Below, in pieces: positions 1 to 8,216 of a DNA stretch of 64,000 nt. The position numbers and the translations under genes were made by a program. The notes below the pieces were generated by a model that saw only the letters and a program-made list of their open reading frames with translations, ran no database searches and was not told where the DNA came from. Positions within the stretch are counted from its first letter, which is position 1; each line of letters begins with the position of its first letter. The DNA comes from a bacterium (GTDB lineage Bacteria > Patescibacteriota > WWE3 > 2-01-FULL-39-13 > JAACPI01): NCBI GenBank assembly GCA_009995545.1, contig JAACPI010000005.1, forward strand, positions 28,244 to 92,243, read 5' to 3'.

Positions 1-32
1 CTTTTTGTTGCATATAAGTTTACTGTTATTTT

Positions 33-281
33 TTACCCTAAATCTTCTGACTGATTTATAAATTTACAAAATCTGCTGTCAACAGCATCTTCGTATATAA
101 ATTTTAAGTTTTTATCTTTAAAGGTATTAAAAAACATTGCCCAGGTGATTTTTTCTAAACTATCATCTATAGCATCAAATTTTACCCTTAACAAATCAGG
201 GGTTCCTTTTACAACAGCCGGGACACCCCCTCTTTGTTTAACCCAATTTTCTATTAATTTTATGTTTGTTGTTTCTTCCAT
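33..281 (-). CDS. hypothetical small cytosolic protein
   Basis: Intact 82-aa ORF in the compact minus-strand gene run; no recognisable motif. Confidence 0.3.
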   Translation of the reverse strand: MEETTNIKLIENWVKQRGGVPAVVKGTPDLLRVKFDAIDDSLEKITWAMFFNTFKDKNLKFIYEDAVDSRFCKFINQSEDLG

Positions 282-285
282 AAAA

Positions 286-531
286 TTATCTTACAAATAT
301 GTTACTAATAAAAAGCACTAACAGGGAACCTGCTACAGCCACAACAAATGACATGACATTAAATCCAGTTACACCTACTCCAAAAAATCTTTGCCCTAAA
401 TACCCACCCACTATAGCACCTAAAATTCCTAAAATAATTGAACCCACAATACCACCTAAAGAGCTGGGGGAAATAAAATTTGCAATAGTCCCTGCAAATA
501 AACCAAAAATTATCCAATATAAAATGCTCAT
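286..531 (-). CDS. GlsB/YeaQ/YmgE-family stress-response membrane protein
   Basis: 81 aa with two-to-three TM segments and the family-typical N-terminus WIIFGLFAGTIANFI plus a Gly-rich GILGAIVGGYLG repeat; match judged from memory of the family consensus. Confidence 0.7.
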   Translation of the reverse strand: MSILYWIIFGLFAGTIANFISPSSLGGIVGSIILGILGAIVGGYLGQRFFGVGVTGFNVMSFVVAVAGSLLVLFISNIFVR

Positions 532-555
532 AGTAATTTACTTTAAATTTAATAT

Positions 556-951
556 TTACGAACTTAGCTTTTCTTTTGACAGAACCCTTACTAACTTAAC
601 TAGACCAAAGGCTATAACTACATAAACAATAATCGCTACAAATGTAGAAGGCTCAAAAACCGAAGTTGTTTCTACCCCAGGTGCAAAACCGTTTCTAAAC
701 ATTCCCTGAAAAGGAAAAGTAAAGATTCCGGTTAAAGCATAAATTAACTTTACAAAAGCACTGCCCATACTAGCCCCTGTAAGTTTTAGAATTAACCTAA
801 AAGCTAATAACACCTCTAAAACGCCAAACACATAATAAATTATATATTCAGCAGTTTGGTAACTACTCGCTTCTATCTTTTTAGGATTATCAATAACCAC
901 CTGGGTAGTCGCATCATCGCTAATTACCGTTTCTTTTATAATTTGCTCCAT
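556..951 (-). CDS. YggT-like integral membrane protein
   Basis: 131 aa, two hydrophobic segments; FRLILKLTGAS...FVKLIYALTGIFTFPF resembles the YggT consensus (R.ll.w...n.f...i..lTdP.l.PfR). Confidence 0.4.
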   Translation of the reverse strand: MEQIIKETVISDDATTQVVIDNPKKIEASSYQTAEYIIYYVFGVLEVLLAFRLILKLTGASMGSAFVKLIYALTGIFTFPFQGMFRNGFAPGVETTSVFEPSTFVAIIVYVVIAFGLVKLVRVLSKEKLSS

Positions 952-999
952 ATTTATACCATTCCATTTCTTAAAAATTAATTAACTGATTATAGTTGT

Positions 1000-1236
1000 T
1001 TACTCTGTGGGAGTCACCTGTACATCTACCTTATCAGGAAGGGTTACAGGAACACTTATCTGAGGGGCTTGAACATTTACCTCAGAGGGGACATTATTTT
1101 TAATTGCGGGTATACCAAAGAAAATAAGAAGTAAAACAAGTACAATAACAAGCGCAGCACCAATCAAAAAACCAGCACCACCATTACTACTTGACGGGGG
1201 GTTAGAGTTATTTACTACTGTCGACATATCTTTCAC
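1000..1236 (-). CDS. small membrane-anchored protein, hypothetical
   Basis: 78 aa with a single TM helix (GFLIGAALVIVLVLLLIFFGI) and polar flanks. Confidence 0.3.
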   Translation of the reverse strand: MKDMSTVVNNSNPPSSSNGGAGFLIGAALVIVLVLLLIFFGIPAIKNNVPSEVNVQAPQISVPVTLPDKVDVQVTPTE

Positions 1237-1287
1237 CCTCTTTCATCAATCAAAATTATTACAAACGTTCTTCAACCAAATACTTTT

Positions 1288-1500
1288 TTAAAGCTCAACT
1301 TTTTTTATTATCGTCTGTTTTGGTAAGTAAGCTAATAACGCTTTTCTTACTAAAACTGTTAAACTTGTTTCTTCTAAGACAGCCTGGGCTCTAGCATGCT
1401 TAATGAGCAGGGGGTCCATAAAAAGAGTAAGTCTTTTTTTTACCTTAGTTTTATTTTGGACAAGTTGTATTTCCTTATCTTTAGTTAACATACTACACAT
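1288..1500 (-). CDS. ribbon-helix-helix (CopG/Arc-like) DNA-binding protein
   Basis: 70 aa; KRLTLFMDPLLIKHARAQAVLEETSLTVLVRKALLAYL fits a beta-strand then two-helix RHH pattern. Confidence 0.35.
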   Translation of the reverse strand: MCSMLTKDKEIQLVQNKTKVKKRLTLFMDPLLIKHARAQAVLEETSLTVLVRKALLAYLPKQTIIKKVEL

Positions 1501-1556
1501 ACTACAACTATTTGTACTACTTGTCTAACATTAACTATTCGATGTATAATATTTAA

Positions 1557-1904
1557 ATGCTTATACTTATACTTTTTTTGGTAGTTGGGGGATTTATGGT
1601 TTACCTTGCACAAGACAATTTATCTTTAGTGACTATGCATTTGGGTACCTATGTTTTTGCAGATGTTCCTCTTTTTTATGTAATAATTGGGTCTCTGTTA
1701 GCCGGCCTATGCTTGGCCTATTTTGTTTACCTTATAAACTCAATCTTCACTGCATTAACAATGCGAGGGAAGGATCACAAAATTAAAGAGACCAAAAGTG
1801 AGATAGTAGATTTAACCAAACGAATTCACCAGCTGGAAATACAAAATGAAAAACTTAAAAATAACTCCACCGTTCCCGAAAATGTAGACGAAAACGCGTT
1901 ATGA
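1557..1904 (+). CDS. LapA-domain (DUF1049-like) membrane protein
   Basis: Two N-terminal TM helices followed by a charged coiled coil (KETKSEIVDLTKRIHQLEIQNEKLKN), the LapA/YciS architecture. Confidence 0.45.
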   Translation: MLILILFLVVGGFMVYLAQDNLSLVTMHLGTYVFADVPLFYVIIGSLLAGLCLAYFVYLINSIFTALTMRGKDHKIKETKSEIVDLTKRIHQLEIQNEKLKNNSTVPENVDENAL

Positions 1905-2371
1905 AATCATTTTTAGCTAAAATCTGGAAGTTATTAAACTTGCCAAAAGGGACGCAGCTTTTTATTATGCGTATACTTCAAAACCAATTTTTAGTGGGTG
2001 TTACAGGAGTTATTTTTAATCAAAAAGACGAAGTACTTCTTTTTAAACACACTTATAGAGGACATGCGTGGAGTTTACCTGGTGGGTATATGAAAGCAGG
2101 GGAACACCCTGCGGAAGCATTAGAACGAGAGATAAAAGAAGAATCAGGCTTTGTGATTAGCGCGGATGAGGAACTCAAAACCCGCACAGACCGAGACAGT
2201 TCCAGATTAGATATTTGTTACACAGGGGTATTTATTGGCGGTGACTTTACTGCAACTAAAGAAGTTTCCGAATACGGATTTTTTTCACAAGACACACTAC
2301 CCTTACTTAGAAGTAACCAAGTTTTTTTAATTGAAAAAGCACTACAGAAAAAAAGAAACTTTGAAAAATGA
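1901..2371 (+). CDS. NUDIX hydrolase
   Basis: Canonical Nudix box GEHPAEALEREIKEESGF (GX5EX7REUXEEXGU); 4-nt overlap with the upstream gene. Confidence 0.75.
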   Translation: MKSFLAKIWKLLNLPKGTQLFIMRILQNQFLVGVTGVIFNQKDEVLLFKHTYRGHAWSLPGGYMKAGEHPAEALEREIKEESGFVISADEELKTRTDRDSSRLDICYTGVFIGGDFTATKEVSEYGFFSQDTLPLLRSNQVFLIEKALQKKRNFEK

Positions 2372-2407
2372 AACACTTATTTAATTTTAATTGGGTAGAC
2401 TAAGGCA

Positions 2408-2728
2408 ATGGCTATAATTACATTTTTGAGACAATTTCGTGTCGGTGAGTACGCCCTATTTGATATTGCGGTGTCATTTTTAGGAGTTTATTTGATTGCA
2501 CCATTACTATCAAAAATACTTCTCAAATTTGGCCTAAACGTGCTTAAAATTAGCTGGATGTTTTTAACACTGCCACTTAGTATTGCCACACATTTACTTG
2601 TAGGAGCCCTTACCCCTATGACTATTAACTTTATAGATCTTAAAGGTCATTATGTTTTAAAAGTATTCATCTTAAGTTTACTATTCTTGGGAATTAACCA
2701 GATATCTGCCACACAGAAGAAGAAATAA
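2408..2728 (+). CDS. hypothetical polytopic membrane protein
   Basis: 106 aa with three predicted TM helices. Confidence 0.35.
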   Translation: MAIITFLRQFRVGEYALFDIAVSFLGVYLIAPLLSKILLKFGLNVLKISWMFLTLPLSIATHLLVGALTPMTINFIDLKGHYVLKVFILSLLFLGINQISATQKKK

Positions 2729-3324
2729 ATAAAGGTTTGTTTGTATAATTTAAGAGACTCTCTAGGATCAGCACAGTAGAGAACATTAGAACTATTTTAA
2801 GTCAGATAACTCCTGACAGAATCAAAAAGCACGGCAACTTTGAATACCAATAGTAATTTACGAGGGTATAATTGCAGTATATGGATCCATAGCAACCAAC
2901 CCCTGTTGAAGAAGAGATTATTAGGGGCGGAGGAGCACCAGGATATTTAAGAAACTTCCATATGAGAATGCCCGACGAAATCTTACCTCTGGAAGAGGAT
3001 TTGATGTCGTCATTTTCAGCTAGACAGGCAAAAATTATTAATTGGTTAGACAAAAGGCCAGAAAAAGGAGCAGGGGACGAAATGAGTGAACTACGAGCAA
3101 AAAAAAACAACCCCAGGTTCCTTGGTTCATTATTATTTCAAACTGACCCAAGCAGTATAACCACCTTCAACCCATCTAGCACTAGCTTCGAGTTCTGACC
3201 CAACTCATTTAATTTTTTGGCGCCATACCTCCCCGCCACACTCCAATTACACGGGAAAAATGCTTTTGTTATGGTTACAGCTTAAATCAGAGAGGAATGG
3301 GTAAGGTACAACCTGAATAAGAGT

Positions 3325-3678
3325 TTATGCGATTGGTGTAACGCCAATAGCGTAAACTCCATATTTAGGAAGATTTTCTCTGTATCCAGTAATAGAATTA
3401 TAGCTTTCTATTCCTTGTTCTATCGTCCCACCACTAGATAATACGTTTTTTACCCCTTCTGTTTCGAGCATGGATTGGGTATTTGGATAATGACGTACAA
3501 AAGTAACTGAAACCTCCATCCTTTCGCCCGTGTCTTCGTTTATGATTAGTACAGTGTCTCCTTGTTTCATTTTTTGGTATATATTGGGTATTTCCCTAGG
3601 AACCACCCCTTCAATTTTTTTAGTACCTCTTTTTATAGCGTCAAAAGGTCTATTAGGGAGACTAAGCGAGTATCGCAT
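3325..3678 (-). CDS. ASCH (PUA-like) domain protein
   Basis: 117 aa; N-terminus RPFDAIKRGTKKIEGV...GDTVLII resembles the ASCH fold consensus. Confidence 0.4.
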   Translation of the reverse strand: MRYSLSLPNRPFDAIKRGTKKIEGVVPREIPNIYQKMKQGDTVLIINEDTGERMEVSVTFVRHYPNTQSMLETEGVKNVLSSGGTIEQGIESYNSITGYRENLPKYGVYAIGVTPIA

Positions 3679-4037
3679 GCCAAAATTATATCAGTAATTG
3701 TTATAAGGTGCACACTAAGCTCCCTTAAAGCGTATTAATAAAGGTGTACTTGACAGGCACCATCAACAGTTTAAGGACAAACTAACAGAAATTGAAGCTA
3801 GCATCTCGTTGTTACAGAATGCAGAAGACAGTTAATCAACTTAGCACTATCGCGCCTAGGAATAGAAGGAGATAAATTATGCTACGAAGCGGTTAAACCA
3901 TTTGATACTATACTGTCACCCGCCGATACTAATCTGTGGCTTTACATAGCAGAGATGTTAGAAGTTGTTTATTGTAGCAAAAAGATTATTCAACCATGCT
4001 CATTTACTCTATAACTACTGTTTAATACAATAAGACT

Positions 4038-4697
4038 ATGAAAAAAGCTATCTCAATTTTTCTAATACTTGGTCTAGTAGCTGTTGGTTATTTGGTATAT
4101 TCATCAGCCAATAAGCGGAGTAAGGATTCTGTTATGGATCAATCAGTTGAGGTTACTCCGAGTAATCTTATAAACACAGAAAATAAAAGCAACGAGGGGA
4201 AACCTAGCCGAGCTGAAGAAATCCCAGATGGTTGGAAGATACTTACTAACAAAGACCACTCAATAAAGTATCCTAGCGAAGCTACTGCTGAGGCAAGAGA
4301 AGAAGAGTCCCTAATTTATTATATGGGTCAAAAACAGATCGATTCTGGAAGAACTCAAACAGAGCTTTTTGATGGCTATTCATTTAGAGTAGGGAAAATC
4401 AGGAATGTTACAACTAATGACCTAAAACAACTTGCGCTAAGTGAGAGAAATAATACTATGGAGAACTGTAACAATGAGGATGGGGTAGTTTCAGATTTAT
4501 TACCAGTAAAAGTCGGGGGTCAAGGTGGTTTTCAGTATTCAGCAAAAGGTTGTTATATTGACTATACAGAAACTATTGTTGGTTTTGATGGAAACTTTTA
4601 TCGTATATCCCAATCTTATGTTGGGGATAATGAAGATTATGCTGGATATAAAGAGACCACTAATATGATTTTAGCCACTTTAGAATTTTTCAATTAG
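4038..4697 (+). CDS. secreted hypothetical protein
   Basis: Signal peptide MKKAISIFLILGLVAVGYLVYSSA followed by a polar 190-aa domain. Confidence 0.4.
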   Translation: MKKAISIFLILGLVAVGYLVYSSANKRSKDSVMDQSVEVTPSNLINTENKSNEGKPSRAEEIPDGWKILTNKDHSIKYPSEATAEAREEESLIYYMGQKQIDSGRTQTELFDGYSFRVGKIRNVTTNDLKQLALSERNNTMENCNNEDGVVSDLLPVKVGGQGGFQYSAKGCYIDYTETIVGFDGNFYRISQSYVGDNEDYAGYKETTNMILATLEFFN

Positions 4698-4743
4698 AGT
4701 TATTTGGCTCCCCCGGATTGACGCATTCGTGAACCGAGAAATA

Positions 4744-4756
4744 GGGGGGGGGGGGG
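4744..4756. repeat. homopolymeric G13 tract between convergent genes
   Basis: Thirteen consecutive G in an otherwise AT-rich intergenic spacer. Confidence 0.9.
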
Positions 4757-4789
4757 ACTTTAATTTGCTTATTATGCACTAAAAAGGTG

Positions 4790-5299
4790 CTATTTTGCTA
4801 ATTCTGTAGCTTGTTTTAATACCTGCTCCCTATTATCTTTTGTAACTTCCAATACCGTTACATCCTCTCTTCTTAATATTTCCTTAGTAAAGGAGTCCTC
4901 ATAAATCTTTGATATTGTCCCAAGAAAGGGGAGTCCACTATTCAAGTAGTTTTGCACAAAATCTTTAAACTTTCCGGAAAACAATTGCATTTGTCCGATT
5001 TCGTCAATATATAATAAATCGTTATCTGAATATTCTAAAAGTGACGGTAGCAAAGCATCCATTCCTTTCACTTCCACAAAATATCGGGACACCTTTAGGG
5101 GAGAAGTGTCAAAGTGAGTGCTCGCAATAATTGCTTCTTGCACTTTTGAAGTAACAATTTTAAAACCAGTTCGCTCACCCTTTTCTAAAATTTCTTCTGT
5201 AATAAATCCTGTCTTATTTGAAATATTATTCAATACTTTTCTTAGGATTGTTGTTTTACCACTACGAGGCAGGCCAGTTAATAAAATCTTCTTGTTCAT
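4790..5299 (-). CDS. THEP1-like nucleoside-triphosphatase (NTPase_1 family)
   Basis: Walker A LLTGLPRSGKTT at the N-terminus and Walker B LYIDEIGQMQLFS; the ~170-aa size is typical of THEP1. Confidence 0.55.
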   Translation of the reverse strand: MNKKILLTGLPRSGKTTILRKVLNNISNKTGFITEEILEKGERTGFKIVTSKVQEAIIASTHFDTSPLKVSRYFVEVKGMDALLPSLLEYSDNDLLYIDEIGQMQLFSGKFKDFVQNYLNSGLPFLGTISKIYEDSFTKEILRREDVTVLEVTKDNREQVLKQATELAK

Positions 5300-5457
5300 G
5301 TTGTTATTATAACAACCCTTCCCGGACTTCCCATAGTGGATCTATTTAGTAGCCAAAAAGTAGAATGGGATTTTAGTTTGTAAAGCATAGAAACAGTTTT
5401 TAGCGAAAGGATTATATATTCTGTTAAAGAATTCTAGATAATACTAAGAAATTTTAA

Positions 5458-5517
5458 GAGACGCACGAACACAACTTTTCTGCTTTTGCAGTTAAGTTGT
5501 GCTCGTGCACTCGTCTC
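5458..5517 (-). terminator. long imperfect inverted repeat (~19-bp stem) at the island border, likely intrinsic terminator of the minus-strand island operon
   Basis: GAGACGCACGAACACAACTT (5458-5477) pairs with AAGTTGTGCTCGTGCACTCGTCTC (5494-5517). The loop itself holds a mini-hairpin CTGCTTTTGCAG. It sits immediately 3' of the stop at 5519 and is followed on the minus strand by a T/A-rich run. Confidence 0.5.
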
Positions 5518-5518
5518 T

Positions 5519-6106
5519 CTAGATGTACGTTACGTTCCCGCCAAAGTTTCCTCCCGTGTGGTCAAAACTCTTACAGAAAACATTTCCGTTTACGTTCCCA
5601 CCAGTGATGCGAACTTCGTTTGCATTTCTGATGTTTCCGTTTACGTTCCCGCCGGATATCCAGACATTCTTGCCTTGGGCATCAATGTCGCTGTTGCGCA
5701 TACCACTCGTGATACGAAGGGTACCTGCAGATCCAGAGGGACTCACATTTTGCACAACCTGGGTGGTTACGGTTTGATAGGTGTGCGCGACTGTGCCACG
5801 TACGGGGGTTTCAGCAGCTCTTCTGGTGGGACTTATCTCAAGCTCAATAAGAGCTACTTGTCCACCAGGATTTGCTGTTGCCATAGCCCGAAGAAAATCT
5901 CTAAGTCTCCCTGTTTTTTCTGACCAGTCAATCAGGTGAAAAATCACCTCTGAAAGCTCTTGGCTGCCAGACAGGGATTCCAATTCCTCATTCATTAGTC
6001 TTAAAACCTGCGAAAGGTGTTGTCTGCTAACAAAACTAGCCATAATCACCTTTTGGAGCTTAAGAGCCGAGGCCAGAACCAGGTTATTCTCACTCTCAAG
6101 GAGCAA
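5519..6106 (-). CDS. hypothetical protein with N-terminal helical domain and C-terminal GGNVNGN beta-repeats (GC-rich island gene 2)
   Basis: 195-aa ORF at ~50% GC. The C-terminus carries a 17-residue periodic repeat ISGGNVNGNIRNANEVR / ITGGNVNGNVFCKSFDH / TGGNFGGNV suggesting a beta-helix or beta-roll. An internal Met (MASFVSRQ) is an alternative start. Confidence 0.45.
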   Translation of the reverse strand: MLLESENNLVLASALKLQKVIMASFVSRQHLSQVLRLMNEELESLSGSQELSEVIFHLIDWSEKTGRLRDFLRAMATANPGGQVALIELEISPTRRAAETPVRGTVAHTYQTVTTQVVQNVSPSGSAGTLRITSGMRNSDIDAQGKNVWISGGNVNGNIRNANEVRITGGNVNGNVFCKSFDHTGGNFGGNVTYI

Positions 6107-6137
6107 GATGATGGGATCGCCGACCGCAGGTGCCTGA

Positions 6138-6725
6138 CTACTGACGAAAGGTAGCGCCCTGAGGCTGACCTCCCTTCTCTATTTCGTCATCGAGCTGTTC
6201 CAGACGTACCGCATCCTCCTTGATCGCAGACAACTCCGTGTCCATCAAGGGTGGCTGAATTCCACGCATTCGAAGCTGCGCCAGACGACGAAGGTCCGTC
6301 TTGTCTTCTCCAATCTTGCGAGAACACTTAACGCATCTTCGCGCTCCGTACACAGCCTGTTTTGTGGAGCAGTAAGGACAAGATACTTCTTCGTAAAGCC
6401 TTTTGTCACAGTGCCCACACCTGTTGGCCGCTTTCATTTGCCCAGTCAACAACCCTTGACAGTGAGGACACTGATTCTCGGGGTCACTAACGGTCACTTG
6501 AATGGGGCTTCCATCAGCTTTCTCTGTTGCAAGAGGCTTCGGGCCATAGGTGTCCGCAAGCTTGCGGGCACTGCCTGCCTTGATCTTCATTGCAACATAT
6601 TGGTCGTAAGTAAAACCTGCCAAGTCGTCCTCGGAGGAAAGTTCTTCCTCTTTAAGAATTTCAATCGCAGCCGCACTTACGCCAAGATCTTCGAGCACTT
6701 TCTGAAATGGGGGCTTTGTAGCCAT
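6138..6725 (-). CDS. SAM-like domain plus double zinc-ribbon protein (GC-rich island gene 1)
   Basis: N-terminus LEDLGVSAAAIEILKEEELSSEDDLAGFTYDQYVAMKIKAGSARKL fits a sterile-alpha-motif-like helical bundle. Two CxxC...CxxC ribbons follow (CPHC..CGHC; CPYC..CVKC), then a C-terminal helix. About 50% GC against a 33% background. Confidence 0.5.
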   Translation of the reverse strand: MATKPPFQKVLEDLGVSAAAIEILKEEELSSEDDLAGFTYDQYVAMKIKAGSARKLADTYGPKPLATEKADGSPIQVTVSDPENQCPHCQGLLTGQMKAANRCGHCDKRLYEEVSCPYCSTKQAVYGARRCVKCSRKIGEDKTDLRRLAQLRMRGIQPPLMDTELSAIKEDAVRLEQLDDEIEKGGQPQGATFRQ

Positions 6726-6957
6726 GCTGCTACTTCCTTTCGGGGTGAATGAAAAAAAATGTAGAGAGACGATTCGATTACAACCCTTATATAGCGGTTA
6801 TATCCGAATTACTCTCTACAAGTTATTAGGTTTTAAAAGTGCATAAATAATACACAGGATTATAGTAAATTTGACGGAAAATGTAAAGACTATGGGACTA
6901 AAGGTTTGCGAAGTTAGATAAGACAGCCTTCACTGCATTTTTGAAAGAGTAAATTTA

Positions 6958-7032
6958 TGGCTCCGCGGGGAGGACTCGAACCTCCAACCTTAAAGTTAAC
7001 AGCTTTCTGCTCCACCATTGAGCTACCGCGGA
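6958..7032 (-). tRNA. tRNA-Asn (anticodon GTT), CCA encoded
   Basis: The minus strand reads TCCGCGG-TA-GCTCAATGGTGGAGC-A-GAAAG-CTGTTAA-CTTTA-AGGTT-GGAGGTTCGAGTCCTCC-CCGCGGA-G-CCA. It has a 7-bp acceptor, a T-loop GGTTCGAGTCC and an anticodon loop CUGUUAA, and is near-identical in layout to Bacillus tRNA-Asn. Confidence 0.85.
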
Positions 7033-7088
7033 ATAAGAACAAAAGAATACTATAACATTAATGGCTAAAATTCAATTGTTAACCTTTA

Positions 7089-8159
7089 CTAAAAGCTAAA
7101 AAAGTCTAAAAGTTTAGAAGCTAAAGAGGAACTAGTCGAAGAAATAACTTCACCAGTTTGAGCATCTAAATTTATTTGTTCGGCGACACTGACTCTAAAT
7201 AACCCCAACAGTTTTTCAATTTTTGTCCCTCTAACTTTGTACTCTAATTTAGAAACGGCTCCGTTTTCGTCGCCTGCACCAAGAACATCGATCTCCATAG
7301 AATCAACAGTAAACAGCTCTCTGTTAACATTTACTTTTTCTAAAATACTGTCTGGCATCGTTTTTAATAAAACCTGTCCTGAAGGAGTATCTACATAAAT
7401 ATCCCCTGTAACCTCATCTATTAAAATTGGGAAGTTGATGTGGGCGAGAGACCCCTTAGATTTGAGCTCGAAACCGTCACCCCGGCTTTCTATTTCTACC
7501 TCTTCTTCTTTTCCCTCAACCTCCCCTTCTTTTTCGACCTTTCTTGTAACGACCAAACTTCCATCTTCAGGGTTATATTTTAACCTACCTTCTTCGTCCC
7601 CAGACTTAACTTTTAAGTCTATTTTCCTACCCTCTTTTGTCGATAAAGATAGCTCAGAAAGCCTACTTCCCAAGTTTAACTTTTTTATAGAGCCAGAAAT
7701 ACTTTCGTTTGAACTTTCATTCTCGCTCTCTAATTTAACCTCGTCACTATTACTTTCTATTTTGGTCTCATTAATTTTAGTACCAAAGCTGTTGTATGTT
7801 TTAATTTCAACTTTTTCTTCGTCCCCGTTTATCTCTCTTTTTATTCTGGTTTGGCTACCGTCTGAATTTTTAATTGTTTCCTCAGTTTTAATTTCTTCCT
7901 TTTCTTTTTCATCTTCTTTTTCTCCATCTTTATCTTCTGTTTCTTTCTTTTCTTCCTCCTTTTTATCATCGTCCTTCTCTTCTTTTTCATCCTCTCTGTC
8001 CTCCTTCTCCCCCTCATCCTTGCTGTCATCTCCCAAAACAGACCCACGATTGAACCAACTAGAAAAAGAGAATGCCGTAACTAAGTGATTTGGGTATATC
8101 AAAAAAGCAGAAATTAGGAATACAAAAGAAATTATAGGTAGTGTTACTTTTTTAAGCAT
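7089..8159 (-). CDS. secreted protein with long acidic/basic (E/K/D) low-complexity linker
   Basis: Signal-peptide-like TM (LPIISFVFLISAFLIY), a ~130-residue EKED-rich region, then a structured C-terminal domain. Confidence 0.5.
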   Translation of the reverse strand: MLKKVTLPIISFVFLISAFLIYPNHLVTAFSFSSWFNRGSVLGDDSKDEGEKEDREDEKEEKDDDKKEEEKKETEDKDGEKEDEKEKEEIKTEETIKNSDGSQTRIKREINGDEEKVEIKTYNSFGTKINETKIESNSDEVKLESENESSNESISGSIKKLNLGSRLSELSLSTKEGRKIDLKVKSGDEEGRLKYNPEDGSLVVTRKVEKEGEVEGKEEEVEIESRGDGFELKSKGSLAHINFPILIDEVTGDIYVDTPSGQVLLKTMPDSILEKVNVNRELFTVDSMEIDVLGAGDENGAVSKLEYKVRGTKIEKLLGLFRVSVAEQINLDAQTGEVISSTSSSLASKLLDFFSF

Positions 8160-8216
8160 TAAAACAACTGTATAAGTATAATGTTAAGCAGTCAAGGAAG
8201 CATAAAAGTTTTAGTA

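Noticed and set aside
2802-3198. Possible tmRNA or RNase P RNA in the 2750-3324 spacer
   Set aside because: No tRNA-like 3' end (GGTTCGA-type T-arm plus acceptor/CCA), no resume-codon/ALAA-type tag frame, and no RNase P P4/CR motifs could be aligned by eye. Kept only as an unassigned region.
5300-5460. RNase P RNA-like GGGAAGUCCGGGAAGGG on the minus strand upstream of the THEP1 gene
   Set aside because: Only one short partial match to the P2/P3 region, and none of the other universally conserved RNase P RNA blocks are present nearby.
5486-5923. Plus-strand ORFs of 145 and 84 aa inside the GC-rich island
   Set aside because: They are antisense to the longer minus-strand gene 5519-6106. Their products are Pro/Arg/Ser-rich and low complexity, as expected for antisense frames of GC-rich coding DNA.
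7435-8088. 217-aa Ser/Leu/Phe-rich ORF (plus) and 68-aa Lys/Arg-rich ORF (minus, 7841-8047)
   Set aside because: Both are alternative-frame readings of the purine-rich repeat that encodes the E/K/D tract of gene 7089-8159. They are low-complexity artefacts.
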